DNA of 51,654 nucleotides from Planctomycetota bacterium (GTDB lineage Bacteria; Planctomycetota; Planctomycetia; Pirellulales; UBA1268): NCBI GenBank assembly GCA_046046235.1, contig JBJOKF010000178.1, positions 1 to 51,654 of the forward strand, read 5' to 3'. Shown piece by piece: positions 47,048 to 51,654 of this stretch (position 1 is its first letter; each line of letters starts with the position of its first letter). The notes under the pieces were generated by a model. It saw only the letters and a program-made list of their open reading frames with translations, ran no database searches and was not told where the DNA came from. The position numbers and the translations under genes were made by a program.

Positions 47048-47530
47048 TCAGTCGTCGAAACGCACTTCCAGGATCTCGAACTGCATCGTGCCGGCCGGCA
47101 CGTCGATCGACACCTTCTGCCCCACCTTGCTGCCCAGCAGCCCCTGGGCCAGCGGGCTCGCCACGTTGATGCGACCGGAGTCGTAGTCCTCCTCGCCGGC
47201 GCCGACGAGCACGAAGACCTCTTCGTCGCCGAACTTCAGGTCCTTCACGACCACGGTGGCGCCGAAGACCACCTCGTCGCCCGCCTCCTTGGCCCGTTCC
47301 ACGATCACCGCCCGTGCGAGCTTGTCGCGGAGCAGGTTGATCTTCGCCTGCATCATCCCCTGGCTCTCGCGGGCGCCGTGGTATTCCGCGTTCTCGCTCA
47401 GGTCGCCCTCGCTGCGGGCGGCGGCTACCCGCGCCGCGAGCTTGGGCATCTCGACGCCTTCGAGGTGATCCGCCTCGGCCTTGAGCTTCTCGTAGCCGGC
47501 GCGGGTCATGGGAATGCGGTCGGAGGACAT
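47048..47530 (-). CDS. greA: Transcription elongation factor GreA
   Basis: MT..G..KL..E, GDLSENAEYH, V.FGATV, SPLAQGLLG, VPAG. Confidence 0.96.
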   Translation of the reverse strand: MSSDRIPMTRAGYEKLKAEADHLEGVEMPKLAARVAAARSEGDLSENAEYHGARESQGMMQAKINLLRDKLARAVIVERAKEAGDEVVFGATVVVKDLKFGDEEVFVLVGAGEEDYDSGRINVASPLAQGLLGSKVGQKVSIDVPAGTMQFEILEVRFDD

Positions 47531-47639
47531 GCTCTGCTCCAAAAAGCTCGAAAGAGGAAGCTCGAAGTGAAAAGGGTGTCGAGAGGAAACCAATGGCTGG
47601 GCCCGAGCGACGGCCGGGCCGGAAGGGGCGGGAGGCGGC

Positions 47640-48362
47640 TCAGCCAGCCGACGCCCGCTCGGGCAGGTAGAGGAGCCGGCCGCAACTGCGGCACGTCAGC
47701 ACCTTGCCGATGAGGAGATCCGCGTACATGTTGCCGGTGATCTGCCGGAAGCAGCCGCCGCAGCTCTCGCCGTCGAGGGCCGCCATCGCGTCGGCTCCCT
47801 TCTGCTTGACGGCCCGGTCGTAGAGCGCCCGAATGTCGGACGGCAGCTCCTTTTCGGTCGTCTCGAGGTCCCCCTTGAGTCGCTGCACCTCTGCCTCGAG
47901 GTCGCCGGTCTCGGCGGCCACCCTGGCCTGTACCTCCGCCAGCTGGCCGCGGACCACCGTCACCGCCGTCTCCGTGGCCGGCACCTGACCCTTGAGCGCG
48001 TCGACCCGCTCAAAGGCCTCCAAGATCTCGTCCTCGAGTACCTTGGTAGCCATGGTGTCGGCGGCGATCTGGTCGTTGAGCGTCTGGTATTCGCGATTGG
48101 TCTTGCAGGCGTTCAGCTTGCCCTGCAGGTCCTTGATCTTCGACTCGGCCGACTTCAGCTGCAGCTGCTTCTGGTCGGCGGCCATCTTGGCCTTCTTGAC
48201 GAGTTCCTGGGCCTCGGTGCGCGCGGCCTCGGCGGCGGCGACTTGGGCCGTGCGGGCGGCGATCTGCCGCGGCCCGGCCGCCAACCGATCGCGCAGATCG
48301 GCCAACTGACGGTGGATGCGGTGCAGTGTCCGCATGGTCTCGGTGATCGCGGCGGTCGGCAT
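47640..48362 (-). CDS. Coiled-coil protein with C4 zinc ribbon (DUF164/CT398/HP0958-like)
   Basis: Long coiled coil, KTNREY..L, CGGC...CRSCGRLLY. Confidence 0.9.
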   Translation of the reverse strand: MPTAAITETMRTLHRIHRQLADLRDRLAAGPRQIAARTAQVAAAEAARTEAQELVKKAKMAADQKQLQLKSAESKIKDLQGKLNACKTNREYQTLNDQIAADTMATKVLEDEILEAFERVDALKGQVPATETAVTVVRGQLAEVQARVAAETGDLEAEVQRLKGDLETTEKELPSDIRALYDRAVKQKGADAMAALDGESCGGCFRQITGNMYADLLIGKVLTCRSCGRLLYLPERASAG

Positions 48363-48453
48363 GGGATGGCTGTGCTGAGGATCTGCGGGGGGGTGCGGGG
48401 AAAACCGGGCGCAACCCCTTCCGAGATACTACCAGATCGCAGCCGCAGCCGCA

Positions 48454-48484
48454 GCGGGTTCGGCCGAAGCCCGGCCGAACCCGC
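48454..48484. repeat. Perfect 13-bp hairpin just downstream of rpoD
   Basis: GCGGGTTCGGCCG-aagcc-CGGCCGAACCCGC; no U-tract; adjoins a short GCAGCC tandem. Confidence 0.6.
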
Positions 48485-48497
48485 CGGAACGGCCGGG

Positions 48498-50270
48498 TCA
48501 GCCGGGCATCGCCTCGAGGAACGTCTCGAGCTGCCGCGAGCGGACCGGGTGCTGCAGCTTCTTGACCGCCTTCGCCTCGATCTGCCGCACCCGCTCGCGG
48601 GTGACGCGGAAGATCCGGCCGACCTCCTCGAGGGTGTAGGTGTAGCCGTCGGTGAGGCCGTAGCGGAGGCGGATGATCTCCCGCTCGCGGTACGTGAGGG
48701 TCTTCAAGAGCGACTCGATGCGGTCCTTGAGCAGGCCGTGCGTGGCCGAATGGGTGGGGCTCGATGTCCCGACATCCTCGACGAACTCGCTGAAACTCGC
48801 GTCTTCGCTCTCGCCGACCGGCCGGTCGAGGCTCATCGGCTGCCGGCCCATGTCGAGCACCCGCCGTGCCTCCTCGAGCGGCACACCAGCCGCCTGCGCG
48901 ATCTCGTCCGAGGTGGGCTCGCGGCCCAGCTCGTGGAGGAGCTTTTTCGCGGTGGTGCGCAGCTTCGAGAGCACGTCGATCATGTGGACAGGGATGCGGA
49001 TCGTGCGAGCCTGATCGGCGATGGCCCTGGTGATCGCCTGCCGGATCCACCAGGTGGCGTAGGTGGAGAACTTGAAGCCACGGCGGTACTCGTACTTGTC
49101 CACCGCCCGCATCAGCCCAGTGTTGCCCTCTTGGATGAGGTCGAGGAAGCTCAGGCCGCGGTTGCGATACTTCTTCGCGATCGACACGACCAGCCGCAGG
49201 TTGGCGGCGGAGAGGTTCCGCTTGGCCGCCTCGTATTCGGCCTTGAGCTTGGCGAACGCCTCCACCCGACGCCGCAGCGACCGCGGGCTCTCGAGGGTCG
49301 TGAGCATGAGGTCGCGCAGTTCCTTCCGCATGTCGGCCCGGTCGTCGGTCGGCATGTCGCCCGAGTCCATGAGCCGCAGGCTCCGCTGGAGCATGTCCAT
49401 GCGTGCCGACATCCCGCGGAGCACCTTCACCAGCGGCTGCACGCGGCGGGTCCGCAGGCTGAGCTCCTCGACGAGTTGCAACGCCTTGCCCCGGCTGCGG
49501 CGAAACCGGAGCCGGGCGGCCTTCGTTGCCGCCGGGAGCGTCTTACGGCTGACGAGCTGCCGGAAGTCGGCCTTGTCCTGCTCGATCAGGTGCTCGAGGG
49601 TCTTCAGGTTGTGCGGCATCCTTGACTGGATCTGCTCCTTGGTGAGCCGCTCGGTGAGCGAGACCTTGATCGTGCGGTCGAACGGCAGATGCCCCTCATG
49701 GACGCGCCTGAGCGTCTCGACGGTGGCCTGCATCGAATAGGAACAGCCGAGGATCGCCCGGCGGAACCGCTTGCGGGTCACTTCGATCTTCTTCGCCAGG
49801 GCGATCTCCTCGGCCCGGGTGAGGAGCGGGATCTCCGCCATCTGCGCCAGGTACATGCGGATCGGATCGTTGCCGGCATTCGACGGCGGCGTGGTGATCG
49901 CCTCGTCGCGCCGCGGCTGTGCCGGGCGGGAGGCGGTTGCGGCCGGGGCCGCCTGCGGCGCCGGCTCGTCGCCCGGCTGGGGCGGCGCGTCGACCAGTTC
50001 GATGCCCTGCTCCTCGAGCGCGACGAGCAAGCTGTCGATCTTCTCCGGGTCCACCGCCTCGTCGGGCAGGTAGCCGTTGACCTGGTCGAACGTGAGATAT
50101 CCCTGCGTCTTGCCCTGGGCGATCAGGGCCGCCAAATCGGCGTCGGCATGGGCGACGGAGCCGGAGAGCGCCGGCGCGGGGTTGTCCTCAGCCGCGACTG
50201 GGGCGGGGGCATCGTGGGGCAGGGACAGCGGACTCGCAGATCGACGCATCAGTGGGTTCTCCTTCACCAT
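48498..50270 (-). CDS. rpoD: Primary sigma factor RpoD
   Basis: Region 1.1 [61 protein letters not shown]; follows dnaG. Confidence 0.97.
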   Translation of the reverse strand: MVKENPLMRRSASPLSLPHDAPAPVAAEDNPAPALSGSVAHADADLAALIAQGKTQGYLTFDQVNGYLPDEAVDPEKIDSLLVALEEQGIELVDAPPQPGDEPAPQAAPAATASRPAQPRRDEAITTPPSNAGNDPIRMYLAQMAEIPLLTRAEEIALAKKIEVTRKRFRRAILGCSYSMQATVETLRRVHEGHLPFDRTIKVSLTERLTKEQIQSRMPHNLKTLEHLIEQDKADFRQLVSRKTLPAATKAARLRFRRSRGKALQLVEELSLRTRRVQPLVKVLRGMSARMDMLQRSLRLMDSGDMPTDDRADMRKELRDLMLTTLESPRSLRRRVEAFAKLKAEYEAAKRNLSAANLRLVVSIAKKYRNRGLSFLDLIQEGNTGLMRAVDKYEYRRGFKFSTYATWWIRQAITRAIADQARTIRIPVHMIDVLSKLRTTAKKLLHELGREPTSDEIAQAAGVPLEEARRVLDMGRQPMSLDRPVGESEDASFSEFVEDVGTSSPTHSATHGLLKDRIESLLKTLTYREREIIRLRYGLTDGYTYTLEEVGRIFRVTRERVRQIEAKAVKKLQHPVRSRQLETFLEAMPG

Positions 50271-50357
50271 CGTACCGTCACCTCGCGCACCGCCCCCCGG
50301 CTCGCCGGGAGGCTTGCGCCCCGCACCGAGCCGATTGCAGCGACGAGACGGGCACCG

Positions 50358-51653
50358 TCACCCATCCTTGGGTTCGGTCATGCCCTCATCAACCAATTGA
50401 TCAGTTTGATCATCCATGCCCTGGGCTGCCCGCCTCTGGGCGACGAGCTGTTCCAGGAGAGCGGCCTCCGACCCGGGGTCGAGCCGGGAGGTTTTCAAGG
50501 TGCGGGCGCTGCGATGCGCCTGCCGCTCGGCGGAGCGGCGTCGCAAGGCGTCCTGGAGGTGGTGGACCCGCTCTCGGGAGTCGACGGGCGACCGGGCGGT
50601 CGACTCGTCCACGGCGACGAGCAGGCTCTGCACCTCGGGATCGTTGATCTCCAGAAGCAAGCCGGGGAGCGCCACCTGACGGCCCTCCGAGTGAAGCCGC
50701 CGTGCCGCTTCGAGGACGGCGCGACCGACCGTGGTTTCGAGCTCTGCGGACTGCACCTCGCGGACGATGAGGCCGGCCCCATCAGGCACGCCGACGAGCA
50801 CCTCGATCACCTCGCGATCCCAGGCCGGCAGCCGCGGCATGCCGCTGTCTTCGGAAGCCGCCGGCACGTGTTCCGTGGGCGGGGCCGACTGCCGCCTGGC
50901 CGGCTTGTCGCGGAGCGCGAGGAGCCGGGACCGCAGTGCCTCCCGCGACAGTCCGAACCGTCGGCCGAGCCGGCCGAGCACCTGCTCCTCGCGCAGCCGC
51001 GACTGGGACGGCGCGAGCGCCGACCGCGGCGATACACGGGCAAGCGCCGTCAGCACGCTCTCCACGGCCGCGAGCGCCGCGTCGTCACCCGCATCGGCCG
51101 GCAGGCGGGCGAGCGATTCGTCGAGGCGGTAATCGAGCGGGTCGCCCGCAGCGGCGAGCAGGCTCTCGAAGGCGTCGCGGCCTTGCTCCAGGATGAACTC
51201 ACAGGGATCGACGCCCGACGGCAGACGGGCGATCCGCACGTCGATCGGCTCGGCGAGCAACACGTCGAGGATCTCGTCGGCCCGGCGTCTGCCTGCATCG
51301 TCACCGTCGAGCACGAGCACGATGCGGTCGGCATAGCGGCGGAGCAGCTTGGCATGTTTCTCGCCGAGCGCGGTGCCGAGCACCGCCACGACGTCGCCGA
51401 TACCGGACTGCCTGGCAGCGAGGCAATCGGTGTAGCCTTCGACGACCACCGCGCGGCGGGAGCGGCTCATCGCGTCGCGGGCCGAATCGAGGCCATAAAG
51501 CATGCTGCTCTTGGAGAAGAGCGGCGTCTCTGGCGAGTTGATGTATTTGGCGGAATCAGGCGGGGCGCCCGGCAGTACGCGGCCTCCGAAAGCGACGCAT
51601 CGTGAGAAGAGGTCGAGGATCGGAAACATCACTCGGTCGCGAAACCGGTCGTA
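50358..51653 (-). CDS. dnaG: DNA primase, 5'-partial
   Basis: YDRFRDRVMFPI, FGGR, KYINSPET, VEGYTD, LGTAL, DGDDAG, DP TOPRIM motifs; the frame is open to the window end. Confidence 0.96.
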   Translation of the reverse strand, partial: YDRFRDRVMFPILDLFSRCVAFGGRVLPGAPPDSAKYINSPETPLFSKSSMLYGLDSARDAMSRSRRAVVVEGYTDCLAARQSGIGDVVAVLGTALGEKHAKLLRRYADRIVLVLDGDDAGRRRADEILDVLLAEPIDVRIARLPSGVDPCEFILEQGRDAFESLLAAAGDPLDYRLDESLARLPADAGDDAALAAVESVLTALARVSPRSALAPSQSRLREEQVLGRLGRRFGLSREALRSRLLALRDKPARRQSAPPTEHVPAASEDSGMPRLPAWDREVIEVLVGVPDGAGLIVREVQSAELETTVGRAVLEAARRLHSEGRQVALPGLLLEINDPEVQSLLVAVDESTARSPVDSRERVHHLQDALRRRSAERQAHRSARTLKTSRLDPGSEAALLEQLVAQRRAAQGMDDQTDQLVDEGMTEPKDG

Positions 51654-51654
51654 A

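Noticed and set aside
47531-47639. rnpB or other ncRNA after the zinc-ribbon gene
   Set aside because: The gap is only about 110 bp and lacks the GAGGAAAGTCC signature; the GAGGAAG/GAGGAAA matches are partial.

Overview
High-GC bacterial DNA, almost certainly Planctomycetota (LEPRxLL motifs, DUF1559 prepilin, ECF sigma/Ser-Thr kinase pair, prenyltransferase-repeat protein). Bases 1-4600 look like a decayed accessory island at the 3' side of an initiator tRNA-Met: a large LEPRxLL surface protein with a phage-tail-fibre-like insert, a truncated sensor gene, and an IS256 fragment fused to an integrase fragment. The rest is mostly core genome (trmL, ispG, rimO, pgsA, lpxL-like, tsaE, thiL, cinA, two HtrA proteases, chdC, yggS, selO, greA, rpoD, partial dnaG). 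Three loci stand out. (1) A four-gene minus-strand operon at 26757-32177 encodes three WXG100-like helical proteins (WxD variants) and a 1389-aa membrane-anchored coiled-coil FtsK/EccC-like ATPase, i.e. a minimal type VII-like system in a probable diderm. (2) A murE-murB-ftsQ remnant in which both enzymes appear to have lost catalytic residues. (3) An ECF-kinase/WD40-DUF1559-LEPRxLL cassette with a shared upstream motif. All calls come from reading motifs by eye; no searches were run.
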